From Longimicrobiales bacterium (lineage in GTDB: Bacteria > Gemmatimonadota > Gemmatimonadetes > Longimicrobiales > Gaopeijiaceae), in NCBI GenBank assembly GCA_965202985.1, contig CBDBCF010000001.1:896001-960000 (forward strand): a stretch of DNA of 64,000 bases. The letters run 5' to 3'. Within the stretch, counting starts at the first letter, position 1. Each line of letters starts with the position of its first letter. Below the pieces are notes generated by a model. The model saw only the letters and a list, made by a program, of their open reading frames with translations, made no database searches and was not told the DNA's origin. Below, one piece after another: positions 51,769-60,894 of this stretch. The translations under genes were made by a program, and so were the position numbers.

Positions 51769-53206
51769 CGCCGTGGCGACGATCGCCGCATCGGTCGCGG
51801 CTGTACCCGCCGGTGCCGCCGCGCAGAACGGCCACGACGCTGTCGTCGCTCACGTGGAGGCCGGCGCGAATCGCTATGCGGAGGTCGCCCAGCGCATCTG
51901 GGAGTTGGCCGAGGTCGGCTATCAGGAGACGGAGAGCAGCGCCCTGTTGCGAGGCCTTTTGGCCGACCAGGGGTTCCGGGTCGAGGAGGGCGTGGCCGGA
52001 ATGCCGACGGCGTTCTTGGCCAGCTGGGGCGAGGGTTCGCCCGTCGTGGGCATCTTGGCCGAGTACGACGCCTTGCCGGGGATCACGCAGGACAGGGCGT
52101 CGGAGCGGGCGCCGCTTCCCGAGATGGGCGCGGGCCATGCGTGCGGGCACCACCTGTTCGGGGCGGGATCGGTGGCCGCGGCGCTGGCGGTGAAGGCGTG
52201 GCTGGAGGAGTCGGGGACGCCGGGCACGGTTCGGCTGTACGGCACGCCCGCGGAAGAAGGGGGTGCCGGCAAGGTGTACATGGTGCGCGCCGGGCTCTTC
52301 GACGGCGTGGACGCGGTGCTCCACTGGCATCCGAGCGGTGCGAACGAGGCGAGCCCGTCGTCGTCGCTGTCCAACAAGTCGGCCAAGTTCAGGTTCCACG
52401 GCGTGTCGGCCCATGCGGCGGCGGCGCCGGACCAGGGGCGGTCCTCGCTGGACGGCGTGGAGGCGATGAACGCCATGGTCAACATGATGCGCGAGCATGT
52501 GCCCCAGGAGACGCGGATTCACTACGTGATCACGGCGGGCGGGTCGGCGCCGAACGTGATCCCCGACTTCGCCGAGGTCTTCTACTACGTGCGGAACCCG
52601 GACCCGGAGATGGTCAAGTCGATCTTCGAGCGGGTGGCGCGCGCGGCCGAGGGCGCGGCGATGGGCACCGGGACGCGCATGGAGTACGAAGTCATCCACG
52701 GCCTCTTCGCCATGATGCCCAACGAGACCTTGCAGCGCCGGGCGCAGGCCAACCTCGAGCGCGTGGGCGGCGTCGTCTACAACAAGGCGGAGCGCGCGTT
52801 CGCCGAGGCGATTCGGGCGACGCTGCGCGAGGACGCGCCCCCGGTCGAGCGGGCGGCGGAGGTCGAGCCGTACATGTTCCGCGAGGGGGTCGGGTCCACC
52901 GACGTGGCCGACGTGAGCTGGGTGGTGCCCACCGCGGGCATGAGCGCCGCGACCTGGGTGCCCGGCACGCCCGCGCACTCGTGGCAGGCGATCGCGGCGG
53001 GCGGAATGTCGATCGGGAACAAGGGCATGGTGGTGGCCGCCAAGACGCTGGCGATGACCGCCGTGGACCTGTTCACGGACCGGGAGTTGCGGGAAGCGGC
53101 CAAGGCCGAGCACCTGGAGCGGGTGGGGCCGGACTTCGAGTACGTGTCGTTGGTCGGCGACCGGGACCCGCCGCTGGACTATCGGAAGCCGGCGCAGGGA
53201 CGCTGA
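51680..53206 (+). CDS. M20-family amidohydrolase (AbgB-like), probably exported
   Basis: AGGAGG RBS, TTG start, signal-like segment; EYDALPG, GHACGH, AEEGG, GSTDVADVSW. Confidence 0.9.
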   Translation: MNNSLPTRVSRAFRAASKDGLPKAARAVLPAVATIAASVAAVPAGAAAQNGHDAVVAHVEAGANRYAEVAQRIWELAEVGYQETESSALLRGLLADQGFRVEEGVAGMPTAFLASWGEGSPVVGILAEYDALPGITQDRASERAPLPEMGAGHACGHHLFGAGSVAAALAVKAWLEESGTPGTVRLYGTPAEEGGAGKVYMVRAGLFDGVDAVLHWHPSGANEASPSSSLSNKSAKFRFHGVSAHAAAAPDQGRSSLDGVEAMNAMVNMMREHVPQETRIHYVITAGGSAPNVIPDFAEVFYYVRNPDPEMVKSIFERVARAAEGAAMGTGTRMEYEVIHGLFAMMPNETLQRRAQANLERVGGVVYNKAERAFAEAIRATLREDAPPVERAAEVEPYMFREGVGSTDVADVSWVVPTAGMSAATWVPGTPAHSWQAIAAGGMSIGNKGMVVAAKTLAMTAVDLFTDRELREAAKAEHLERVGPDFEYVSLVGDRDPPLDYRKPAQGR

Positions 53207-53229
53207 CGGCGGGCGCAGGGAGCGCCGCC

Positions 53230-54846
53230 CTACATCCCCCAGACTTCGACTTCGGCGCCGTTGCCGGCCGTTCGGCAGGCGTGGAACACCTTGTCTTCCC
53301 AGCTTCGCCCCTCCCTGCGGTCGAAGACCACCAAGTGGCCTTCCTCGGCGCCGCACCGGTCCATGTAGCCCGCGGTTTGCTCGACTCCCTCCTCCGCCGT
53401 CCGCTCCATGCCGCCGCGCAGCACCTTGCACTCCACGACGTACTTGCGCACGGAAGCGCCCGGCCCGGCATCGCCGCCCGGCCCAGCGCCGCTCTCCCCG
53501 CCTTCCGGCCACAGCACCAGCAGGTCGGTCCGGCCCCGGCCCAGCCCGTACTCCCGCTCGATCCGGCCCCCGCTGTTCACGATCCGCTGCAGGAACGCCT
53601 GCAACAGCAGCTGCGGCCCCGCTTCCTTGTACTGGAAGCGCTCCACCCAGTGCTCCGAGTGCTCACGGAAGAACGCCTGAAACGCCCCCAGCAGCTTCGC
53701 CATCTCCAACCCGCCCGACCCGTCTTCGTACCACGACGCATCTTCCGCCAAGTGTTCCTGGGTCGCCCACGTCAGCTCCCGAGGCACCACCTCGGCGTAG
53801 ATCGGATTCGCCATGCGGATCGGCGCGTCTTGGGCCACCAGCCCCAAGTCCCGGACATACTCGATGTCCCGCGCCGCCGCTTCCGACTCGCCGCCCGCCA
53901 GCAACGGACCCACGACCCGCCGCACCCGTTCCTCCTGCAGCTTGTCCGCCAACTGGTCCAGGTGCGTGTCGCGCCGCGCGATCAGCGCCTCCCGCGCCGC
54001 CGCCACGTCCGTCGCCGCCACCGGCCGCGACCGGTCCGCCGCCAACGCGCCCCGGAAGCACGTCTGGTACGCCAGCGCGTTCACCAGCCACGGCTGGCCC
54101 CGCGTTTGCGTCCACACGGCCTCGAGCGCGCCCGCCGAGAACGCCTGGCCCGTCTCCGTCTCGTGCTGGCTCAACAGCGCCTCCACTTCCGGGCGGCTGA
54201 AGTCGCCCAGTCGCAAGGACTCCGCCTTGATGTTGAACGCGCTTCCTCCCGCCACCATCGTGTTAGCCGAGCCCGAGCGGATCCGGTAGTCGCGAACGTC
54301 CCGAACGCCGCACAGCACGACGCTCTGGGGGAAGCCGGCGGGCCGCAGGTCGTAGCCCGCCCGCAGTTGGCGCAACACCGACAACAACGAATCGCCCACC
54401 AGCGCGTCGATTTCGTCGATCAGCAGCACCAACGGCTTGGCGCTTGACCGAGCCCAGCGCGTCAGCGCCTCCCTCAGGGCGCTCTCGGGACTGCGCGTTG
54501 CCAGGATATCCGGCCACACCGCTTCCAAGGACTCGTCGCCGAGCGCGTCGTAGGCGCGGGACGCCAGTTCGCCGAGCACCGTGCGCACCACCCGCGCCAC
54601 GTCTTCCCGGGCCGTCTGTCCGCCTTCGACGTTGACGTAGACGCAGGCGTGGGCGCCCTCCGAGTTCAAGAGGTCTTGGAGCGCCAGAAGGGCCGAGGTC
54701 TTGCCCGTCTGCCGGGGCGCGTGAAGGACGAAGTAGCGCTTCTCGGCGATCAGGCGTCGCAGTTCGGCGAGGTCGAGGCGGCCGAGGGGAGGGACTTGGT
54801 AGTGGTCGCACGCCACCACCGGGCCGGTCGTGTTGAAGAAGCGCAT
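53230..54846 (-). CDS. AAA-like ATPase with C-terminal PD-(D/E)xK-like domain
   Basis: MRFFNTTGP, HAPRQTGKT, LLIDEID, GQPWLVN, EREY..GRGRTDL...VECK. Confidence 0.85.
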   Translation of the reverse strand: MRFFNTTGPVVACDHYQVPPLGRLDLAELRRLIAEKRYFVLHAPRQTGKTSALLALQDLLNSEGAHACVYVNVEGGQTAREDVARVVRTVLGELASRAYDALGDESLEAVWPDILATRSPESALREALTRWARSSAKPLVLLIDEIDALVGDSLLSVLRQLRAGYDLRPAGFPQSVVLCGVRDVRDYRIRSGSANTMVAGGSAFNIKAESLRLGDFSRPEVEALLSQHETETGQAFSAGALEAVWTQTRGQPWLVNALAYQTCFRGALAADRSRPVAATDVAAAREALIARRDTHLDQLADKLQEERVRRVVGPLLAGGESEAAARDIEYVRDLGLVAQDAPIRMANPIYAEVVPRELTWATQEHLAEDASWYEDGSGGLEMAKLLGAFQAFFREHSEHWVERFQYKEAGPQLLLQAFLQRIVNSGGRIEREYGLGRGRTDLLVLWPEGGESGAGPGGDAGPGASVRKYVVECKVLRGGMERTAEEGVEQTAGYMDRCGAEEGHLVVFDRREGRSWEDKVFHACRTAGNGAEVEVWGM

Positions 54847-54905
54847 GGGCGGCTACGGCGGCCCTTACGGCCGCGGCCGGCTCCTGCTGCAGGCGGGGGC
54901 GGCCC

Positions 54906-57632
54906 CTATCCGCACTCCGAGAAGCCGCACACGTAGCACTTCCGGCAGCCCTCTTCGAAGGCCAGCTGGCTGGATCCGCACGCCGGGCACACGCCCAGCG
55001 CCGCGTCTCCGTGGTCCACATATCCGGTCCGGTGCAGCCCGCCGGGGGACCCTTCCGCGCTGGTCCCGGCTCCGGACCCCGCGTCGGCGCCGCCGTCCGA
55101 CCCCGCCGCCACCGTCGCGACCGCGCCCGCCTCGTAGAACAGGTCCTGCTGCTTCCCCGCCTTTTCCTCCAGGTATCGCTCGATGGCTTGGGCCACGGCG
55201 TCGGGCGCCGAGAGGACCTTGTTGGGACCGACGCCCACGGCTCGGTCGCAGGAGATGCCGCGCAGCTGGTCGCGCACCGCCGCGATCGGGATGCCGGAGC
55301 GAAGCGCCAGCGAGGCCAAGCGGCCGATCGCCTCCGAGTCCGCCATGGCCGCGCCGCCGGCTTTGCCCAGCGTGCAGAAGACCTCGAAGGGGCGGCCGTC
55401 CCGGTCCTCGTTGATGGTGACGTAGAGGTCGCCCAGCGGCGACTCCATCTTGGTGGTGCGGCCGCTGAGCATCTGGGGGCGCGTGCGCTTTGGGCGGGCT
55501 GAGGCGGCCCGGCGGTCGTGCTCCTCCAAGCGGCCCAGCGCATCGGCCAGATCGCCCTCCAAGCGGTGGGCCCGCTCGCGGGCGTCGGCCAGCTGGGACC
55601 GCAGCGCCTCCGACTCGGCGCCGTCGCCCGATCCGTCGGCTACGGCCCCGGCCTCGACGCCCCGACCCGCGTCCTGCTCCTGGTCCGCCCCCTGCTCCTG
55701 GCCCGTCTTGCCGGTGGACAGCACCTGCATGGGGCGCGAGCCGTCGCGGTACACGGTCACGCCCTTGCAGCCCAGGGCGAACGCCAGCTCGTAGATCTTC
55801 CGCACGTCGTCGCGGGTGGCCTCGAAGGCGAAGTTGGTGGTCTTGGAGATCGCGGAGTCGACGTGGTCCTGGAACGCCGCCTGCATCCGCACGTGCCACT
55901 CGGGCGAGATGTCGTGGGAGGTGCGGTACACGTCCTGGACTTCGGCGGGCACTTCGTCGAAGTGGACGTGTCCCTCTCGGGCGATCCGCTCCATTAGCCC
56001 GTCGTCGTACCAGCCTTCGCGCTTGGCGCGGGCCACGAAGTCCGGGTTGACGTCGGGCATCATGACGCCGGCCTGGTTGCGCATGAACGCCACCGCGAAG
56101 AGCGGTTCGATGCCGCCGCTGCAGCCGGCGATGATCGAGATCGTGCCCGTCGGCGCCACCGTGGTCAGGTTGCAGTTGCGCAGCCGGCGACAAGGGCGGA
56201 CGCGCTCGCCGGCTGCGTCGCGGGCGCAGCTCTCGTCGGGTCCCCAGATCGACGCTTCCCACGCGGGGAAGACGCCCCGCGTCTCGGCCAGCCGCTCCGA
56301 CGCCTTGCGCGTCTCTTCTTCGATGAACGCCATGACGGTCCGGCCCAGCGCCACGCCTTCCTCCGAGTCGTAGCGCACGCCCAGGCGCACCAGCAGGTCG
56401 GCCCAGCCCATGATCCCCAATCCGACGCGGCGAATCTCCCGCGCCAGCCCCTCGATCTCCGGCAGCGGGTAGCGGTTGGCGTCGATGACGTTGTCCAGGA
56501 AGTGGACCGACAGGTGCACGGCGTGGGCCAAGCAGTCCCAGTCGATGCGTTCGGCGGGGTCGTCCGCGTCGGCGACCGCGCTCTCGTCGCCCTCCTTGGC
56601 GTAGGCGCCCACGTTGATGCTGCCCAGGTTGCAGACGTCGTAGGCCAGGAGCGGCTGCTCGCCGCAGGGGTTGGTGGCCTCGTAGCCGCCCAAGCCGGGC
56701 ACCGGGTTGTGCTCGTTGGCGCGGTCCACGAAGAAGACGCCCGGCTCGCCGGTCTTCCACGCCCCCTCCACGATCATGTCGAAGATCTCGCGAGCGTTCT
56801 CGCGGCCCGCCGGTTCGCCGTCGCGGGGACTGACCAGGCCGTACTCCTCGCCGGCCTCGACCGCTTCCATGAAGGCGTCGGTGACGGCCACGGAGATGTT
56901 GAAGTTCGTGATCTGCGACGTGTCGTTCTTGCAGCGCACGAAGTCGCGGATGTCCGGGTGGTCCACGCGCAGGATGCCCATGTTGGCGCCGCGCCGCGTG
57001 CCCCCCTGCTTGACCACCTCGGTGGAGGCGTCGTACAGGCGCATGAACGACACGGGACCCGACGCCACGCCCATGGTGGAGCGCACCGTGTCTCCCTCGG
57101 GACGCAGGCGGGAAAAGGAGAATCCGGTGCCGCCGCCCGACTGGTGGACCAGGGCCATGGCGCGCAGGGTGTCGTAGATGCCGCTGCCGCCGTTGGACAG
57201 GGCGTCCTCGACGGGGAGCACGAAGCACGCCGACAGCTGGCCCAGGGGTCGACCCGCGTTCATGAGGGTGGGCGAGTTCGGCTCGAAGCGGCCCTGCGTC
57301 ATGAGTTCGTAGAAGCTGCGGGCGACCTCTTCCACGGCCGCGTCGGACGCCCCGAAGTTGCGGTCCTGGTCCGCCACCACGCGGGCGATCCGCCAGAACA
57401 TCGTCTCGGGCTCTTCGACCGGCTCGCCGGATTCGTCCTTCTTCAGGTAGCGCTTGGCCAGGACGATGCGCGCGTTGGCCGAGAGGCGGGCGGGCGGCAG
57501 GTCGGCGGGCGGGGACTCGTCGCGGACGGCGGGCGAGGGCGGCGAAGCCGGCGAGGGCGGGCCAGCGGCTGGCGTTGGGCGAGCGGGCGGGGTCGGGCGG
57601 ACGACGGGGCGAGCGGCGGCGGGTTGGGTCAT
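54906..57632 (-). CDS. nrdJ: Class II (B12-dependent) ribonucleotide reductase with TSCPD and Zn-ribbon tail
   Basis: PNSPTLMNAG, SACFV, TNPCGEQ, CNLGS, APTGTIS, KGVTVYRDGSR, C..C...EEGC.KC..CGFSEC. Confidence 0.95.
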   Translation of the reverse strand: MTQPAAARPVVRPTPPARPTPAAGPPSPASPPSPAVRDESPPADLPPARLSANARIVLAKRYLKKDESGEPVEEPETMFWRIARVVADQDRNFGASDAAVEEVARSFYELMTQGRFEPNSPTLMNAGRPLGQLSACFVLPVEDALSNGGSGIYDTLRAMALVHQSGGGTGFSFSRLRPEGDTVRSTMGVASGPVSFMRLYDASTEVVKQGGTRRGANMGILRVDHPDIRDFVRCKNDTSQITNFNISVAVTDAFMEAVEAGEEYGLVSPRDGEPAGRENAREIFDMIVEGAWKTGEPGVFFVDRANEHNPVPGLGGYEATNPCGEQPLLAYDVCNLGSINVGAYAKEGDESAVADADDPAERIDWDCLAHAVHLSVHFLDNVIDANRYPLPEIEGLAREIRRVGLGIMGWADLLVRLGVRYDSEEGVALGRTVMAFIEEETRKASERLAETRGVFPAWEASIWGPDESCARDAAGERVRPCRRLRNCNLTTVAPTGTISIIAGCSGGIEPLFAVAFMRNQAGVMMPDVNPDFVARAKREGWYDDGLMERIAREGHVHFDEVPAEVQDVYRTSHDISPEWHVRMQAAFQDHVDSAISKTTNFAFEATRDDVRKIYELAFALGCKGVTVYRDGSRPMQVLSTGKTGQEQGADQEQDAGRGVEAGAVADGSGDGAESEALRSQLADARERAHRLEGDLADALGRLEEHDRRAASARPKRTRPQMLSGRTTKMESPLGDLYVTINEDRDGRPFEVFCTLGKAGGAAMADSEAIGRLASLALRSGIPIAAVRDQLRGISCDRAVGVGPNKVLSAPDAVAQAIERYLEEKAGKQQDLFYEAGAVATVAAGSDGGADAGSGAGTSAEGSPGGLHRTGYVDHGDAALGVCPACGSSQLAFEEGCRKCYVCGFSECG

Positions 57633-57654
57633 GCGTGGGCGGTTTCGTCGGGAG

Positions 57655-57706
57655 ACACCATATATTGTGGAACGAACAAGGTAGGTACCCAACAACTTGT
57701 GGTCAA
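57655..57706 (-). promoter_or_regulatory. Tandem NrdR boxes overlapping a sigma70 promoter
   Basis: ACACCATATATTGTGG (57655-57670) and ACCCAACAACTTGTGG (57687-57702), starts 32 bp apart; TTGACC-17-TACCTT on the minus strand. Confidence 0.85.
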
Positions 57707-57800
57707 GGAAAATCTCGCGGCCGTCCCGCGGTCGGCGCCGGCTGCGCGCGCGGGCGTCCACTTTGGCGCGGTCTCCGCGCGCGTCGCAAGGGGCCGGGGT

Positions 57801-60800
57801 TCAGAACGCGTTCCCGAGGCGGATGTGGAGGCGCCCCCCCGAGCCGCCCGCTACCGGGACGCCCACTCCGGCCCGGAGCGCCAGGGAGCGGCCGTAGAAG
57901 GGCACGACGATCGCCGAGAGCTCGGCGCCCGCGCTGGCCAGGGGGGCGCGGCGCGGATTGGCGGAGCCGCCCGGGCCCTCGTCGGGTCCCCAGGCGTTGC
58001 CCACGTCGAAGAAGACAGAGCCGTGGAGGCGGTCGAAGTAGAGCGGGAAGGCGCCCAGGCCGCGGTCCACCAGCGCCAGGGGGAAGCGGTACTCGGCGCT
58101 GCCCGACCAAGCGGTCCGTCCGTAGCGAGCGCCCTCGGGAAAGCCTCGCGCGGGGAACAGCAGCGGCGAGCCCCCGAAGAGCCCGAAGCCCGTGACCCTC
58201 TCGGCAACGCCCTCGGCGCCGCCGGCTTCGAAGTGGAACCGGTTCGCCCCCGGACCGAACGCCGTCCCTGCCGAGATGCGCAGGGCCAGCACGTGGTTCG
58301 CGAACCCGGGGCCGCCCAAGGCCTTGTACGCCGCCGCCTCCCCGACGACCTCTTGGAAGGATCGGTCGCCGCCCCGAACGCCCCGGTCCGCGGAGCCCAG
58401 CCCCGTCTCGCGGCGGACGCGTCCCGCGACGACCGCCGAGACGCCGCCTTCACGGGACAGCGAGAATGCTTGCCGCCGGGCCGTGGATGCCGACAGCGAG
58501 GCCCGAAGTTCGGCGAACGTCCGCTCGGGGGACGGGTTGCTCAGCCGCGGTCCTTCGGCCCCGTCCGCGTCCACCAGCGACAGGTTTTCCTGGACCAAGC
58601 CGCCGCTTACCGTGGCCGCGGCGCTGCTGTTGACCCGCCGGCGCAGAAACGAAGTCGACAGGAGCGCCCGCCGTTCCCGCTCCATCAGGAAGAACCAAGC
58701 GTCGCGATCGTCGGACAGTCGGACCCGGAGCGCGCGCGCCGAGGCGTCGTGCGACTGGGCCAACGTCAGTCCGAGCGTGGGGTTGCCCAGGCCCCGGTAG
58801 CTGTAGCGGAAGCCCCCGGCGAAGCGCTGCCCGTCCAGGGACATGCGCGCGGAGGCCGAGTACTCGTGGCGTCCCACCAAGTCCGACCCTCCGGTCAGGA
58901 CGCCCAGAGAGACGGGCACGACCCGCACGCGGTCGCCGGCCTCGGTCAGCCCGGTTTGCGAGCCCTCCCACGACGGCAGCCAGTACCAGGGGCGTATCGT
59001 GGAGCGGGCGCGGTACTTGCGAGAGGGGGCGGGCGGCGGATCGGCGGCGGCGAACGCGGACTCTGCGGCGGTCTCGGCGGCGGCGAACCTGGGGCTGGAC
59101 GGCTGGGGCGAGAACCAGGCCGCGGGGTCGAAGGGGATGCGCTCGACGTGCCAACCGTCGGCGTGGTAGGACGAGAAGTAGATCCACCGGGCGTCGGGGT
59201 CCACGGACGGGTGGGCGGCGCCGCCTGCGACGTTGGTCACTTGCATGAGCGGGCCGGTCGCCTGCGCCTGGGCCGCGTCCGCCGGCGCCGCGAAGAGGTT
59301 GGGGACTCCGGTGCGGTCGGAGGACCAGATCACCGACGAGCCGTCGGGCGTCCAGGCCGGGGTCGTGTCCACGGCCCGGTCGCGGGTCAGCTCTGCCAGG
59401 ACCTGCCCGTTCTCGTCCAGGACGACGATGTCCATCATGGCGGAGGGGGTCCAGCGTGCGGCCGCGATGCGCCGGCCGTCGGGCGACCAGCGGGGGAACG
59501 CCCAGTGGACGGCCGGGTCCGGCGGCACCAGCGGCGCGGCTTCTCCCGATGTCGGGTCCACTCGCACGAGGGCATTGGTGCCGCCCCCTTCCTGCACGGC
59601 GACGATCTTGTCGCCCGCGGACGACACGTCGGCGTGGGAGATGCGCAGGCCTTGCGTGACCCGTTCGACCGCCCCGTTCGGGCTCGCTCGGTACAGGTCG
59701 CTGGTCAGGCGATACGGACCCGCGAACTCGAGCTGGGTGAAGTACACGGCGCCGTCCGAGTCCCAGGACAGGGTTCCGCCGGACCCGTTGAGCCGTGCCA
59801 GCGTCCGCGCGCGTCCACCCCCGGGGCCAGGCAAGTCGTTCGGGTCAATCAAGCGAATGTGCGCCTGGGACGCGCCGTCGGACTTGACGAACGCCAGCGC
59901 GCGACCGTCCCTGGACGCCACGGGCTGAAAGGCTCGCCAGCCGGCGCCGTCCACGGTCTCGCTCTCCGTGATCGGAGCCTGGCCCGCCAAGCTCCGGAGC
60001 TGAGCCGCGTACCGCGTCGCCGCATCTTCCCGCCACGCCTCCCAGCTGTCGGCTACCGTGGCGCCGAAGGCAGCGCGGGCGGCGGCGTTCAGGCGGAACG
60101 GCACCCAGAGCCCGGCCGTGGCACGGGCGAAGGCGCCCAGCGACGCCTCCCCGTGACGCTCGGCCATGCGGTCCAGGTAGCGGGCGCCGTAGACGTAGGG
60201 CCGGTTTCCCGCGGGCCATGCCGGAGAGCTTCCCGACACTTGGTCCAGCGTGGGCAGCGCGCCCTCCATGGCGGCGGCGCGAAGGACCATCTCCTGCCAC
60301 GTCCCCCGCACGCGGCCGGCGTCGGTCAGCTCCGACTCGAAGTAGGTGGCCAGCCCTTCACTCATCCAGGTGGGGGTGGAAGCCGACGGGAAGCCGGGCC
60401 AGCCGCCCGGGAACCGGCCGAAGACGGTGCGCAGGACCTTGCCCAGCGTGCCGATCATGTCGAAGTGGAAGGTGTGGACCAGTTCGTGAGTGACGACGAG
60501 CCGCAGCCAGTCGTCGAAGTAGGAGATGCTGCCCCCGTCCATGGGCGGGCGGGCGAAGATCGTGATCTGGTTGTACGGGAACGGGGTCGCGTAGCCGTTG
60601 GCGATGTCGGCGTGGTCGGTCAGGAGAAGCTGGACCGGGCCGGCGGGAGCGGCGCCGAAGCGGTCGGTCAGGAGAGCGTGGGCGCGTTCGGCGTGGGCGG
60701 CCGCGCGGCGGGCCAGCGGCTCCAAGTCGGCCGGGTAGGTGACGGCGAAGTGCTCCGTGGAAAACTGGCGCCAGTCCTCGTCGGGAGGAGGCGCCTGGGC

Positions 60801-60887
60801 GTGGGCCGAAGACGCGCTTGCCGCAAGGGCAACGCCAACGGCCACGGAAGCGGCGGTTGCGGTGGGCGTCGGCCTCTTCTTCGGCAT
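57801..60887 (-). CDS. Outer-membrane protein: signal peptide, HExxH zincin-like domain, TolB/PD40 propeller, Omp85-like barrel
   Basis: THELVH, WMSEGLATYFE, P.WSPDG/PAWTPDG repeats, EYRFPL, FFDVGNAW, terminal Phe. Confidence 0.82.
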   Translation of the reverse strand: MPKKRPTPTATAASVAVGVALAASASSAHAQAPPPDEDWRQFSTEHFAVTYPADLEPLARRAAAHAERAHALLTDRFGAAPAGPVQLLLTDHADIANGYATPFPYNQITIFARPPMDGGSISYFDDWLRLVVTHELVHTFHFDMIGTLGKVLRTVFGRFPGGWPGFPSASTPTWMSEGLATYFESELTDAGRVRGTWQEMVLRAAAMEGALPTLDQVSGSSPAWPAGNRPYVYGARYLDRMAERHGEASLGAFARATAGLWVPFRLNAAARAAFGATVADSWEAWREDAATRYAAQLRSLAGQAPITESETVDGAGWRAFQPVASRDGRALAFVKSDGASQAHIRLIDPNDLPGPGGGRARTLARLNGSGGTLSWDSDGAVYFTQLEFAGPYRLTSDLYRASPNGAVERVTQGLRISHADVSSAGDKIVAVQEGGGTNALVRVDPTSGEAAPLVPPDPAVHWAFPRWSPDGRRIAAARWTPSAMMDIVVLDENGQVLAELTRDRAVDTTPAWTPDGSSVIWSSDRTGVPNLFAAPADAAQAQATGPLMQVTNVAGGAAHPSVDPDARWIYFSSYHADGWHVERIPFDPAAWFSPQPSSPRFAAAETAAESAFAAADPPPAPSRKYRARSTIRPWYWLPSWEGSQTGLTEAGDRVRVVPVSLGVLTGGSDLVGRHEYSASARMSLDGQRFAGGFRYSYRGLGNPTLGLTLAQSHDASARALRVRLSDDRDAWFFLMERERRALLSTSFLRRRVNSSAAATVSGGLVQENLSLVDADGAEGPRLSNPSPERTFAELRASLSASTARRQAFSLSREGGVSAVVAGRVRRETGLGSADRGVRGGDRSFQEVVGEAAAYKALGGPGFANHVLALRISAGTAFGPGANRFHFEAGGAEGVAERVTGFGLFGGSPLLFPARGFPEGARYGRTAWSGSAEYRFPLALVDRGLGAFPLYFDRLHGSVFFDVGNAWGPDEGPGGSANPRRAPLASAGAELSAIVVPFYGRSLALRAGVGVPVAGGSGGRLHIRLGNAF

Positions 60888-60894
60888 CGGTCCG

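Noticed and set aside
57633..57800. Cobalamin riboswitch upstream of nrdJ
   Set aside because: The candidate promoter leaves too short a leader and no B12-box was seen; NrdR boxes explain the AT-rich patch
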